From the NCBI GenBank assembly GCA_903869725.1, contig CAIQAD010000038.1, positions 11,101 through 75,100 on the forward strand: a DNA stretch of 64,000 nt, in the 5' to 3' direction. This document shows, piece after piece, positions 38,337 to 48,032 of the stretch. The DNA comes from an uncultured Alphaproteobacteria bacterium (GTDB lineage Bacteria; Pseudomonadota; Alphaproteobacteria; Pelagibacterales; Pelagibacteraceae). The position numbers and the translations under genes were made by a program. The notes under the pieces are model-generated. The model made no database searches and was not told where the DNA came from. It was given only the letters and a program-made list of their open reading frames with translations. Within the stretch, counting starts at the first letter, position 1. The number at the start of each line of letters is the position of its first letter.

Positions 38337-39341
38337 ATGAAAATTTGTGTGGTTGGTGCTGGAGCTATTGGAGGATTACTCGCAATCAAACTTGCTAAAG
38401 CTAATCATGATGTCACTGTTATAGCGCGTGGTCCAAATCTAAAAGCAATCCAACAAAAAGGTTTTCAATTAATTAATGAAGATGGCAGCACTGACACAGT
38501 AAAAATAAAAGCAACACAAGTTATTAAAGAAGCTGGACCTCAAGATTTAGTTATACTTGGAATGAAAGCGCATCAAGTAGGTCCAATCGTTCAAGAATTA
38601 CAATGGCTTTATCAAGAAAATACTATGGTGCTCACTGCTCAAAATGGAATTCCGTGGTGGTATTTTTTTAAACACGGAGGACAATATGAAGGACGAACAT
38701 TAGAAAGTGTCGATCCGCATGGAAAAATTGCAGCAAATTTGCCTGTCAGTCGAGTTGTAGGAACAATTGTTTATCCTGCAGCCGAAATTATCTCACCTGG
38801 AGTTTTAAGACATATTGAAGGAAATCGTTTCTCTGTTGCAGAAATTGATAATTCTGTAACACCAAGAATTGAACTGTTATCAAAAACTTTGAAAGAAGCA
38901 GGATTTAAAGCGCCCGTCATTTCGGACATTCGATCTGAACTTTGGACAAAGTTATGGGGTAATTTAAGTTTTAATCCTGTAAGCGCTTTAACACATTCAA
39001 CATTAGTGGATATGTGTCAATTTCCACTTACGCGTGATCTTATTGCAAAAATGATGACTGAGGCACAACATGTTGGAGAAAAATTAGGAATTGCATTTCG
39101 TGTTTCTTTAGAAAAAAGAATTGCTGGGGCTGAAGCAGTCGGAAAACACAAAACATCAATGTTGCAGGATATTGAAGCAGGCCGACCGGTGGAAAAAGAT
39201 GCATTGATTGGTTCGATCATTGAACTTGGAAAAATTGTTGGCATACCAACGCCCCATATTGATGCTGTATTTGCTTGCATTAGTTTGCTTGCAAAAACAA
39301 TTCAAGATCAGCGTGGACAATTAAAAATTACCGCTCTATAA
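38337..39341 (+). CDS. PanE/ApbA family 2-dehydropantoate 2-reductase-like oxidoreductase (oxalyl-CoA reductase PanE2 candidate)
   Basis: 334 aa. The Rossmann motif MKICVVGAGAIGGLLA and a C-terminal ApbA_C region (KTSMLQDIEAGRPVE). Confidence 0.85.
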   Translation: MKICVVGAGAIGGLLAIKLAKANHDVTVIARGPNLKAIQQKGFQLINEDGSTDTVKIKATQVIKEAGPQDLVILGMKAHQVGPIVQELQWLYQENTMVLTAQNGIPWWYFFKHGGQYEGRTLESVDPHGKIAANLPVSRVVGTIVYPAAEIISPGVLRHIEGNRFSVAEIDNSVTPRIELLSKTLKEAGFKAPVISDIRSELWTKLWGNLSFNPVSALTHSTLVDMCQFPLTRDLIAKMMTEAQHVGEKLGIAFRVSLEKRIAGAEAVGKHKTSMLQDIEAGRPVEKDALIGSIIELGKIVGIPTPHIDAVFACISLLAKTIQDQRGQLKITAL

Positions 39342-39363
39342 ATATCGCGGGGGAAAACTCATT

Positions 39364-40887
39364 TTGAAACTCAAGACAACATTAGCAGAACTGCTATCTA
39401 TAGGTGCTGATCAAAGTCCAGCTATCGGAGCGCCTGGCCAATTAGATATTAATTATAAAAATTTAAGAAGTTTTGTTAGCAAAACTTCAAAAATACTTAA
39501 TGATATTGGAATTGGCAGAAATGACCGTGTTGCTATTGTTTTAGATAATGGACCTGAGATGGCTCTTGCTTACTTATCTGTTGCAAGCTGCTCCACATCC
39601 GCACCTCTTAATGCTGGCTATCGAGCAGAAGAATTTGAATTTTATCTTGAAGATTTAAAAGCAAAAGCATTAATCGTTAAAGAAGGCTTAACCTCACCAG
39701 CTTTTGTAGTCGCTGAAAAATTAGGTTTGGCTATTTTAGAATTACACTTAACGCCAGATCAGGGGGCTGGAACATTTACTTTAAACTTAAAAAATAAACA
39801 AAAACTTCAAATTAAAAATGCAGGACCTTCTCAAGCTGAAGATGTCGCATTAATTTTGCATACCTCAGGTACAACATCGCGACCAAAAATAGTTCCGCTA
39901 TCTCAGGCAAATGTTTGTGCATCAGCTTCACATATTGCAAATACACTTGCGTTAACTTCAAAAGATCGCGCTCTTAATATTATGCCATTATTTCATATTC
40001 ATGGTTTAATTGCTGGAATATTGGCTCCTTTATCTAAAGGCGGCTATGTATCTTGTACGCCTGGATTTAATGCTTTGAAATTTTTTAGTTGGATGAGCGA
40101 TATTAAACCAACTTGGTACACAGCCGTACCAACAATGCATCAAACTATTTTAGCTCGCGCTCCACAAAACAAATCCGTCATAGAAAGTAATCCACTTCGT
40201 TTCCTTAGATCATCAAGTGCTGCTATGCCAATGAAAGTAATTGAGGAGTTGGAAGCATGTTTTAAAGCCCCTTTAATTGAATCTTATGGAATGACAGAAG
40301 CTTCTCATCAAATGGCTAGCAATTTACTTCCGCCTGCAAAAAGAAAACCAGGAACTGTTGGTGTTGCAGCTGGTCCTAAAATGGGAATTATGAATGAAGC
40401 TGGAAAATTATTGCAAGCAGGTGAAACTGGAGAAATTGTTATTCAGGGCCCAAATGTAACTAAAGGTTATGAAAATAATCCAAAAGCAAATGCAGAAAAT
40501 TTCACTAATGGTTGGTTTAGAACAGGAGATCAAGGTAGTATTGATAATGAAGGATACATTAGTATAACAGGACGGTTAAAAGAAATTATTAACCGAGGAG
40601 GTGAAAAAATTTCTCCTCGAGAAGTAGATGAAATATTAATGGAATTTCCAGCAGTCGCGCAAGTTGTTACTTTTGCAATTCCACACGATAAACTTGGTGA
40701 AGAAGTTGGAGCGGTTGTTGTATTGAAAGAGGGTAAAACTGCAACCGAGAGAGAAATAAGAGATTTTGCTGAAAAACGCCTTGCTAATTTCAAAGTACCA
40801 AAAAAAATTATATTTAAAGATGAGATTCCAAAAGGAGCAACGGGAAAACTACAAAGAATTGGGCTTGCGGCAAAGCTTGGACTTTAA
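39364..40887 (+). CDS. AMP-forming acyl-CoA ligase, oxalate-CoA ligase (AAE3/Pcs60)-like
   Basis: 507 aa from a TTG start with GGGGGA about 9 nt upstream. The AMP-binding motif LHTSGTTSRPK, plus AAE3-like blocks PLNAGYRAEEFEFYLEDL, TWYTAVPTMHQTIL, LRFLRSSSAAMP and INRGGEKISPREVD. Confidence 0.85.
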   Translation: MKLKTTLAELLSIGADQSPAIGAPGQLDINYKNLRSFVSKTSKILNDIGIGRNDRVAIVLDNGPEMALAYLSVASCSTSAPLNAGYRAEEFEFYLEDLKAKALIVKEGLTSPAFVVAEKLGLAILELHLTPDQGAGTFTLNLKNKQKLQIKNAGPSQAEDVALILHTSGTTSRPKIVPLSQANVCASASHIANTLALTSKDRALNIMPLFHIHGLIAGILAPLSKGGYVSCTPGFNALKFFSWMSDIKPTWYTAVPTMHQTILARAPQNKSVIESNPLRFLRSSSAAMPMKVIEELEACFKAPLIESYGMTEASHQMASNLLPPAKRKPGTVGVAAGPKMGIMNEAGKLLQAGETGEIVIQGPNVTKGYENNPKANAENFTNGWFRTGDQGSIDNEGYISITGRLKEIINRGGEKISPREVDEILMEFPAVAQVVTFAIPHDKLGEEVGAVVVLKEGKTATEREIRDFAEKRLANFKVPKKIIFKDEIPKGATGKLQRIGLAAKLGL

Positions 40888-40899
40888 TAAAAATACCTT

Positions 40900-42507
40900 A
40901 TGATAACTTCTCCTAAAAATACTACCATCACAGGAAAAATTACTCCTGAGTACAAATCGATTTTAACGCCAGAATGTTTAGAATTTGTCACGCACCTACA
41001 AAGAAAATTTAATCCAAAAAGACTGGAGTTATTAAAAAAAAGACAAGAAGTTCAAAAAAAAATTGATGGAGGTTGGAGACCAACTTTTTTACCTGAAACA
41101 AAATCAATTAGAGAAGGTGATTGGAAAATTTTAGGAACACCAAAAGATTTACAAGATCGAAGAGTTGAGATTACTGGACCGACTAATAAAAAAATGATCA
41201 TTAACGCACTTAATTCTGGTGCAAATTGCTTTATGGCTGATCTAGAAGATTCTGCAACTCCAACATGGGGTAATGTTATTGAGGGACAAATTAATTTAAA
41301 AAATGCGGTAAACAATACTCTTGATTTTACTGACGAAACAACAGGCAAAGAATATAAACTTCAAAAAAATCATGCTGTACTAATTGTCAGACCACGTGGC
41401 TGGCATTTAGATGAAAATCATTTTGTCATTGATGAACAATATTGTTCTGGAAGTATTTTTGATTTTGCAGTTTATTTTTTTCATAATGTAAAAAAATTAC
41501 TGGAAAATGGAACAGGTCCTTATTTCTATCTTCCAAAAATGGAAAGTCATTTAGAAGCTAGATTATGGAATGATGTATTTACAGAAGCACAAAAACTTTT
41601 GGGAATTAAACACGGAACTATTAAAACAACGATACTAATTGAGACAATTCTTGCTTCATTTGAAATGGATGAAATTTTATATGAACTTAAAGATCATATC
41701 GTTGGATTAAATTGTGGTCGATGGGATTATATTTTTAGTTACATTAAAAAATTTAAAAATTTTAAAGATTTCTTATTGCCGGATAGATCCATTGTTAAAA
41801 TGACCTCGCATTTTTTAAGCTCATATAGTTTGTTACTTATTAAAACATGTCACCGTCGTGGTGCCCATGCAATGGGTGGAATGGCTGCACAAATTCCTAT
41901 TAAAGATAACGAAGAATTAAATCAAAAAGCTATGGAGGCAGTTAAACAAGACAAATTGAGAGAAGCAACAAACGGTCATGACGGAACTTGGGTTGCTCAT
42001 CCTGGATTAGTTAAAATTGCAAAAGATATATTTGATAAAATTATGCCACAGCCAAATCAAATTAATAAGATTCCAACTGGAACAACAATTACTGAAAAAG
42101 ATTTATTAGTACCTGAAAAAGGTGATATTACAGAAGAAGGTGTTAGAAAAAATATCTCTGTTGGCATTCAATATCTAGCCGCTTGGTTGGGTGGAAATGG
42201 TTGCGTACCTCTTTATAATTTAATGGAAGATGCAGCGACAGCGGAAATCTCAAGAGCACAAGTGTGGCAGTGGAATAAGCATCAATGTACTACTGTGGAT
42301 GGTAAAAAAATTGAGCCAGCTTACGTTAAACAAATAGTTAAAGAAGAAATGGTTAAAATTAAAAATGAAGTTGGTGAGCAAAGATATGTTAAAGGCAATT
42401 ATGATAAAGCCGCTAAAATGTTCGAAGAAATGTCTGTTGCGAGAGAGTTTGAGGACTTCTTAACTGTGCCTGCATACAACGAAATTATTAGAGCAGAAGC
42501 ACACTAA
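40900..42507 (+). CDS. aceB: malate synthase A
   Basis: 535 aa. RRVEITGP, FMADLEDS, LNCGRWDYIFS and HDGTWVAHPGL are typical of the MSA class. Only a 12-nt gap from the ligase gene. Confidence 0.95.
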   Translation: MITSPKNTTITGKITPEYKSILTPECLEFVTHLQRKFNPKRLELLKKRQEVQKKIDGGWRPTFLPETKSIREGDWKILGTPKDLQDRRVEITGPTNKKMIINALNSGANCFMADLEDSATPTWGNVIEGQINLKNAVNNTLDFTDETTGKEYKLQKNHAVLIVRPRGWHLDENHFVIDEQYCSGSIFDFAVYFFHNVKKLLENGTGPYFYLPKMESHLEARLWNDVFTEAQKLLGIKHGTIKTTILIETILASFEMDEILYELKDHIVGLNCGRWDYIFSYIKKFKNFKDFLLPDRSIVKMTSHFLSSYSLLLIKTCHRRGAHAMGGMAAQIPIKDNEELNQKAMEAVKQDKLREATNGHDGTWVAHPGLVKIAKDIFDKIMPQPNQINKIPTGTTITEKDLLVPEKGDITEEGVRKNISVGIQYLAAWLGGNGCVPLYNLMEDAATAEISRAQVWQWNKHQCTTVDGKKIEPAYVKQIVKEEMVKIKNEVGEQRYVKGNYDKAAKMFEEMSVAREFEDFLTVPAYNEIIRAEAH

Positions 42508-42511
42508 TAAT

Positions 42512-42670
42512 TTATTCAATCTTTTTTATTTTGTCCGTTGGAACTTTTTGAATAATGTGAGTTTTTTCTAAAATAATTTCTTTTTTTCCAAAAAAATAAA
42601 GAACTCCGAGGACCCCTGTTATAATTAGAATTATTACGAGAATAGTTAACTTTGAATCTCTGTAGGTCAT
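42512..42670 (-). CDS. candidate 52-aa single-TM protein
   Basis: My translation is MTYRDSKLTILVIILIITGVLGVLYFFGKKEIILEKTHIIQKVPTDKIKKIE. It fills an otherwise empty 216-bp spacer. No SD. Confidence 0.35.
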   Translation of the reverse strand: MTYRDSKLTILVIILIITGVLGVLYFFGKKEIILEKTHIIQKVPTDKIKKIE

Positions 42671-42723
42671 ACTTTTATATAATAAACTCTTATAAACTAT
42701 GTTAATAAATTATTCATACACTA

Positions 42724-43239
42724 ATGGCAACGCATAAAAGTTTAGTACTAGTTGGAATGATGGGTACTGGAAAAAGTACAATCGGTAGGCTTGTTGCAAA
42801 AAAATTAAAAATTGATTTTATTGATACTGATCTATTAATTGAAAATGAAGCTAACCTTACTATAAAAAATATATTTGAAGAATTTGGAGAAAAATACTTC
42901 AGAAAACTAGAGGAAAAAGAATTTCTAAAAATTAAGTATGATAAACCAAAAATTATATCGCTTGGTGGTGGAGCCTTTATAAATCCTATAATTCGAAACA
43001 AAATTATAGGACATAATATTTCAATCTGGCTTAATGCTGATGAAAAAAAAATTTTAGAACGTGTTACGTTAAATTTAAAAAAAAGACCTATAATTGATGA
43101 AAAAAACCCAATAAAAACTATTAAGGAGTTAAAGAAAGAAAGAGATCCAATATATCAATTGGCTGATTTTGAAATTAATTGTAATTTAAGGAGAGAAAAA
43201 ATCATCGAAAAAATAGTTGAAATTTATGAAAAAGATTAG
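42724..43239 (+). CDS. aroK: shikimate kinase
   Basis: 171 aa. Walker A GMMGTGKSTIG, the D-x-D region FIDTD and LGGGA. Confidence 0.92.
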   Translation: MATHKSLVLVGMMGTGKSTIGRLVAKKLKIDFIDTDLLIENEANLTIKNIFEEFGEKYFRKLEEKEFLKIKYDKPKIISLGGGAFINPIIRNKIIGHNISIWLNADEKKILERVTLNLKKRPIIDEKNPIKTIKELKKERDPIYQLADFEINCNLRREKIIEKIVEIYEKD

Positions 43240-44332
43240 TCTTAAAGTTAATTTAAAAAATAATAGCTACCCTATCATTATTGGAGAAAACATAATTAAA
43301 AATTCAGGTGCAGAAATAATAAAAGTTATTAAAAAAACAAATAAATTTTTAATTGTAACAGATAAAAATATTCCAAAAATTTTTATTAAATCGGTTCTAC
43401 AATCTATAAAATCTAAAAGAAAATATCTATTAATATTAAATGCTGGCGAAAATACTAAAAATATAAAATATACAGAAACGATATTAAAAAAATTATTCAA
43501 TCACAAATTTAGTCGTGATGATTGTGTTATAGCTTTAGGTGGCGGAGTAATTGGCGATTTAACAGGTTTTGCAGCAAGCATTTTCAAACGCGGATTAAAC
43601 TTAATTCAAATTCCAACTACTTTATTAGCACAAGTCGACTCTTCTATTGGGGGCAAAACTGGAATTAATTCAGTAGAGGGTAAAAACATGATTGGAACTT
43701 TTTACCAACCAAAAATAGTTTTAATTGATCCATCAACTTTAAAAACATTATCTAAAAGACAAATTATTGCAGGCTATGCAGAAATACTTAAATACGCATT
43801 AATTATGAACAAACCATTCTTCAAATGGTTAAAAATTAATTCGCAAACATTAATTAATTTAACAAATTTAAACATTGTAAGTCATGCAATTAAAGAAAGT
43901 TGTAAAGCAAAAGCGTATGTTGTTGCCAAGGATGAAAAAGAAAAAAATTTAAGAGCAATTTTAAATTTTGGACACACTTTTGGGCATGCGTTTGAGGCTT
44001 TAAAAAAATATAGTGCAACATTAATTCATGGAGAAGCAGTATTATATGGAATGATGATTGCCTCAGAATTATCTATGAAAATGAAAATGTTAAGCGAAGA
44101 AGAATTCTATGAAATACGAAATTTATATCATTTACTTGATATTAATTATGATATTCAAAATTTATTTAAAAAATCTGAAGTTAATAAAATTTTTGAATTC
44201 ATGAAAAATGATAAAAAAATTTCAGGTAAAAAAATAAATTTAATTTTACTAAAAAAGATTGGTCAAGCTAAAATTGTTCCAGCTGATTTAAATAAATATA
44301 TTAAACCAATATTAAATTCTCAATTTAATTAA
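43217..44332 (+). CDS. aroB: 3-dehydroquinate synthase
   Basis: 371 aa. ALGGGVIGDLTGFAA, PTTLLAQVDSSIGGKTGIN, NFGHTFGHA and HGEAV. Confidence 0.93.
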   Translation: MKFMKKISLKVNLKNNSYPIIIGENIIKNSGAEIIKVIKKTNKFLIVTDKNIPKIFIKSVLQSIKSKRKYLLILNAGENTKNIKYTETILKKLFNHKFSRDDCVIALGGGVIGDLTGFAASIFKRGLNLIQIPTTLLAQVDSSIGGKTGINSVEGKNMIGTFYQPKIVLIDPSTLKTLSKRQIIAGYAEILKYALIMNKPFFKWLKINSQTLINLTNLNIVSHAIKESCKAKAYVVAKDEKEKNLRAILNFGHTFGHAFEALKKYSATLIHGEAVLYGMMIASELSMKMKMLSEEEFYEIRNLYHLLDINYDIQNLFKKSEVNKIFEFMKNDKKISGKKINLILLKKIGQAKIVPADLNKYIKPILNSQFN

Positions 44333-44582
44333 TTTTTATTTCTAATGAATGAATAGTATTTGCCATTTCTTCTTTTAAAATTGTGTAAATTTTTTGATGA
44401 GCTTCAATTTTGTTTAAAGTTTTTAATTCTTTAGAATTAATAATTACCTCAAAGTGACTATTATTATTTTTTGGAGACTGGACATGATGTTTGTGCAGAT
44501 AAGATTTATTATTAACTTCTAATTTCTCACAAACGATATTTTGTTTAATTTTTTCTAAGATAATATATTTTAAATCAGTCAT
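44325..44582 (-). CDS. bolA: BolA family protein
   Basis: 85 aa. The pattern ..HFEVIINSKELKTLNKIEAHQKIYTIL....IHSLEIK is BolA-like. Confidence 0.85.
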   Translation of the reverse strand: MTDLKYIILEKIKQNIVCEKLEVNNKSYLHKHHVQSPKNNNSHFEVIINSKELKTLNKIEAHQKIYTILKEEMANTIHSLEIKIN

Positions 44583-44616
44583 AAAATAATTTTAATGAAT
44601 TTAAAGCATTAGGCAA

Positions 44617-45267
44617 ATGAGAAAAATCTGTGAGTGGCCAAACTGCAAAGAAGTAGCATCGGGTCAAGGTTTAATAAAAAAGGATATTAATAAACAGTAC
44701 AAATGGTTTTGCAGTGATCATTTAAAAATTCACAACTCTACTAACAAACTTAATTGTGACTGGAAAGACTGTAATGAAATTGGAGAGTTTAAGGCTCCTA
44801 CCAAAATTAAAGGTGAATTTAAGTGGTTTTGTTTTGAGCATATTAAAATTTATAATCATGAATGGGATTTTTTTTCAGGCATGTCACAAGATAAAATTGA
44901 AGAATTTATCTATGATGATTTAACATGGCACAAACCTACTTCAAAACTTGGATCTGAAGATAATTTTTTTAATAAAGTCTGGCGCAATATTTTGGAGGAA
45001 CAAAATTTATATTTTTCAGCTGATTTTTTTAAAGAATTTGAACCTAAACATACTTACAGTCCTGAAGAAGTTCAGGCATTAAAAAAACTTGAATTAAAAA
45101 CCAAAGTAAAATGGTCTGAAATTCGTGAGCAATTTAAGAAACTTGTAAAAAAATATCATCCAGATACAAATTCCGGAAATAAACAATACGAAAATAAATT
45201 AAAAGAGATCACCATCGCGTATACTTTTTTAAGAAATAAACAAAAAAATGCAGAACAACGAAAATAA
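44617..45267 (+). CDS. J-domain protein with duplicated N-terminal Cys/His module
   Basis: 216 aa. The C-terminal J domain is WSEIREQFKKLVKKYHPDTNSG...ITIAYTFL (HPD present). The N-terminus carries two copies of W-x-x-C-x(n)-(Y/F)KWFC-x-(D/E)H-x-KI-x-N. Confidence 0.8.
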   Translation: MRKICEWPNCKEVASGQGLIKKDINKQYKWFCSDHLKIHNSTNKLNCDWKDCNEIGEFKAPTKIKGEFKWFCFEHIKIYNHEWDFFSGMSQDKIEEFIYDDLTWHKPTSKLGSEDNFFNKVWRNILEEQNLYFSADFFKEFEPKHTYSPEEVQALKKLELKTKVKWSEIREQFKKLVKKYHPDTNSGNKQYENKLKEITIAYTFLRNKQKNAEQRK

Positions 45268-46252
45268 TCAATTCGAAGCAGCTCCAGATTTAAAAATTTC
45301 TGTAAAACAACTTTTTAATATCGACTCCGATATGACGGTTGAGGGATTTTCAAAAAAAAATCAATTCGTTCCTGAAATTGACTCATCATACAAATTTGAT
45401 CGCGATACTACTCTTGCGATTTTAGCAGGATTTGTTTTTAATAAACGTGTACTTGTGCAAGGATTTCATGGAACCGGAAAATCAACACATATTGAGCAAG
45501 TAGCAGCTAGATTAAATTGGCCTTGTATTCGAGTAAATTTAGATAGTCATATTAGTCGTATTGATCTTCTTGGAAAAGACGCAATTGTTATTAAAGACGG
45601 AAAACAAATTACAGAATTTAGAGAAGGTATTTTACCATGGTCGTTACAAAATCCTGTTGCACTTGTGTTTGATGAATATGATGCAGGCAGACCTGATGTA
45701 ATGTTTGTAATTCAAAGATTACTCGAAAGCGAAGGCAAATTAACTTTACTAGATAAAAACAAAGTTATTAAACAAAATAAATATTTTAGATTATTTGCAA
45801 CTGCAAATACAATAGGCTTAGGCGATACAACAGGTCTTTATCACGGTACCCAGCAAATTAATCAGGGGCAGATGGATAGATGGAACATCATCACGACACT
45901 TAATTATTTAAAACCAGAAAATGAATTAGAAATAATTTTATCAAAATGTCCTCACTTAAATACTAGCGAAGGAAAAAAAATAACTCAAAAAATGATACAG
46001 GTTGCAGATTTAACTCGTAATGGCCTAGCAAATGGAGATATTTCGACTGTAATGAGTCCAAGAACAGTTATTACTTGGGCAGACAATTATAAAATTTTTA
46101 AAGATCTAGGATATTCGTTTAAAATTTCTTTTTTAAATCGTTGTGATGAATTAGAACGCGCTATAATTGCCGAATATTTCCAAAGATGTTTTGCTATGGA
46201 GCTTCCTGAGACAAGCGCTGGTATAAAAATAAATTTAAAAAATGGAAAATGA
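45248..46252 (+). CDS. cobS: CobS-type AAA+ (MoxR-like) ATPase
   Basis: 334 aa. Walker [10 protein letters not shown], Walker B LVFDEYD and a CobS-like N-terminus ([18 protein letters not shown]). Confidence 0.9.
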   Translation: MQNNENNQFEAAPDLKISVKQLFNIDSDMTVEGFSKKNQFVPEIDSSYKFDRDTTLAILAGFVFNKRVLVQGFHGTGKSTHIEQVAARLNWPCIRVNLDSHISRIDLLGKDAIVIKDGKQITEFREGILPWSLQNPVALVFDEYDAGRPDVMFVIQRLLESEGKLTLLDKNKVIKQNKYFRLFATANTIGLGDTTGLYHGTQQINQGQMDRWNIITTLNYLKPENELEIILSKCPHLNTSEGKKITQKMIQVADLTRNGLANGDISTVMSPRTVITWADNYKIFKDLGYSFKISFLNRCDELERAIIAEYFQRCFAMELPETSAGIKINLKNGK

Positions 46253-48032
46253 TAAAATAGTTGAGAATTTTAAAGTTGCAATCAGCTCAACTGTTAAAGC
46301 AATTGCAAAAAAGCACGATTTAAACATAGTTTTTTCAGACAGTTCTGAAAAACAAGCAAATTCAATACAATTACCAAAGATTGAATCTCAGACATTTAAA
46401 GATTACGAAAATATAAGAGCACTAGCAGATTCTGAGGCTCTCAAAATAAAATATAGCGATGCTAAATTACTAAGAAAATACGAGCCTCAAGGAACACTTG
46501 CAAAAAATATTTATAAATCTGCAGAAAAAATACGTTATGAAAAATTAGGTTCATTAAATTTTGCAGGTATTGAACATAATTTTAGAAATTTTTATCAAAA
46601 GAAGTTTAAAGAACAGCAAGATAGTTTATTTATTAATGTTGAAAGTGCTTTTGACATTATTTTAGCTAATCAACTTTTAAAATTAGATCTAAAATTAGAT
46701 CAAAAAAAAACTCTTAAAAATTGGGATTCGGTTATTAGAGATAAAATTGGCAATAAGTTTAAAGAGCTTGAAGCTAATATTAAAGATCAAGAAAAATTCT
46801 CAAATATACTAAATTCGATTATTCAAAATTTAGAACTAAATGAAAAAATATCACCTAATGAAAGCGACAATGATAATAAAAATGAAAAAAATAATAATGA
46901 ATTAAAAGATAAAAATAACAATGAAATTAATCAAGACGAAAGTTCAGAAAAACAAGATTTCAATATTGAAAGTGTTATTCCTGACATTGAAATGGACGCC
47001 AATATGTCAGAACAAGAAATGTTAGTAGAGAATGATGAAGGTGCTGGCGATGAAGTAAAATCATCTAAAAGTAAAAAAAATTCTTCAGATATTAAATATA
47101 AAATTTTTACAAATAGGTTTGATAAAGTTATTAACGCTGAAGAACTTGTTGATCACTCAGAAATGGGAAGATTTAGAGAAAATTTAGATAATCAATTAAA
47201 GTCTTTGCAAAATTTTATCGCTAGACTTGCAAACAAATTACAAAGAAAACTGTTAGCATTTCAAAATAGATCTTGGGAATTTGATATAGAAGAAGGAATG
47301 CTTGATACTGCAAAACTAACGCGCGTCATTACTGACCCCTATCATTCTTTATCCTTCAAAAATGAGAAAAATACAAAATTTAAAAACACAGTTGTAACTT
47401 TGCTCATTGATAATTCAGGATCAATGCGCGGTAGACCTATTTCAATTGCTGCAATTTGCGCTGATATTTTATCAAGAACTTTAGAACGCTGCTCCGTAAA
47501 AGTTGAAGTATTAGGCTTTACAACTTTAAACTGGAAAGGCGGAAAAAGTCGTGAGCTTTGGCTAAAAAATAAAATAGATAATCCTGGAAGATTAAATGAC
47601 TTAGCTCATATTATTTATAAGTCAGCTGATACACCGTGGAGACGTGGAAAAAATAATCTTGGACTGATGCTAAAAGAAGGAATTTTAAAAGAAAATATTG
47701 ATGGAGAAGCGATTATATGGGCTTATCAAAGATTAAAAAAAAGAAATGAAGAGAGAAAAATTTTAATGGTGATTTCTGATGGCGCACCTGTTGACGACTC
47801 AACGCTTTCAACAAATCCTTCTAATTATTTAGAAAAACATCTTAAAAATACTGTTAAGTATATTGAAAATAAAAAAGATGTAGAGATTAATGCAATAGGT
47901 ATTGGACACGATGTTAGTAATTATTACTCCAAAGCTCTAAAAATTGCCGACGTGCAAGAACTCGGAGATGCGTTAATCGATCAACTTGCAGACTTGTTCA
48001 TTGAAGGACCTAATAAAAAGAAATTGCACTAA
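46242..48032 (+). CDS. cobT: CobT-type protein with C-terminal VWA domain
   Basis: 596 aa. A CobT N-domain, an Asn/Lys/Asp/Glu-rich low-complexity linker ([34 protein letters not shown]), and a VWA MIDAS-like [11 protein letters not shown] ... ISDGAPVDD. Confidence 0.88.
   Translation: MENDKIVENFKVAISSTVKAIAKKHDLNIVFSDSSEKQANSIQLPKIESQTFKDYENIRALADSEALKIKYSDAKLLRKYEPQGTLAKNIYKSAEKIRYEKLGSLNFAGIEHNFRNFYQKKFKEQQDSLFINVESAFDIILANQLLKLDLKLDQKKTLKNWDSVIRDKIGNKFKELEANIKDQEKFSNILNSIIQNLELNEKISPNESDNDNKNEKNNNELKDKNNNEINQDESSEKQDFNIESVIPDIEMDANMSEQEMLVENDEGAGDEVKSSKSKKNSSDIKYKIFTNRFDKVINAEELVDHSEMGRFRENLDNQLKSLQNFIARLANKLQRKLLAFQNRSWEFDIEEGMLDTAKLTRVITDPYHSLSFKNEKNTKFKNTVVTLLIDNSGSMRGRPISIAAICADILSRTLERCSVKVEVLGFTTLNWKGGKSRELWLKNKIDNPGRLNDLAHIIYKSADTPWRRGKNNLGLMLKEGILKENIDGEAIIWAYQRLKKRNEERKILMVISDGAPVDDSTLSTNPSNYLEKHLKNTVKYIENKKDVEINAIGIGHDVSNYYSKALKIADVQELGDALIDQLADLFIEGPNKKKLH

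Noticed and set aside
40888-40899. Glycine riboswitch upstream of malate synthase, as reported for marine Pelagibacter
   Set aside because: Only 12 nt separate the ligase stop from the aceB start, which leaves no room for an aptamer. No GGAGAG...CACCG-type glycine aptamer was seen in the 37401-37514 operon leader either.
45248-48032. cobS/cobT as evidence for cobalamin biosynthesis
   Set aside because: No cobN or other cob/cbi genes are in the window, and the context is bolA/J-domain. I treat these as an orphan AAA+/VWA pair (see findings) rather than proof of a B12 pathway.
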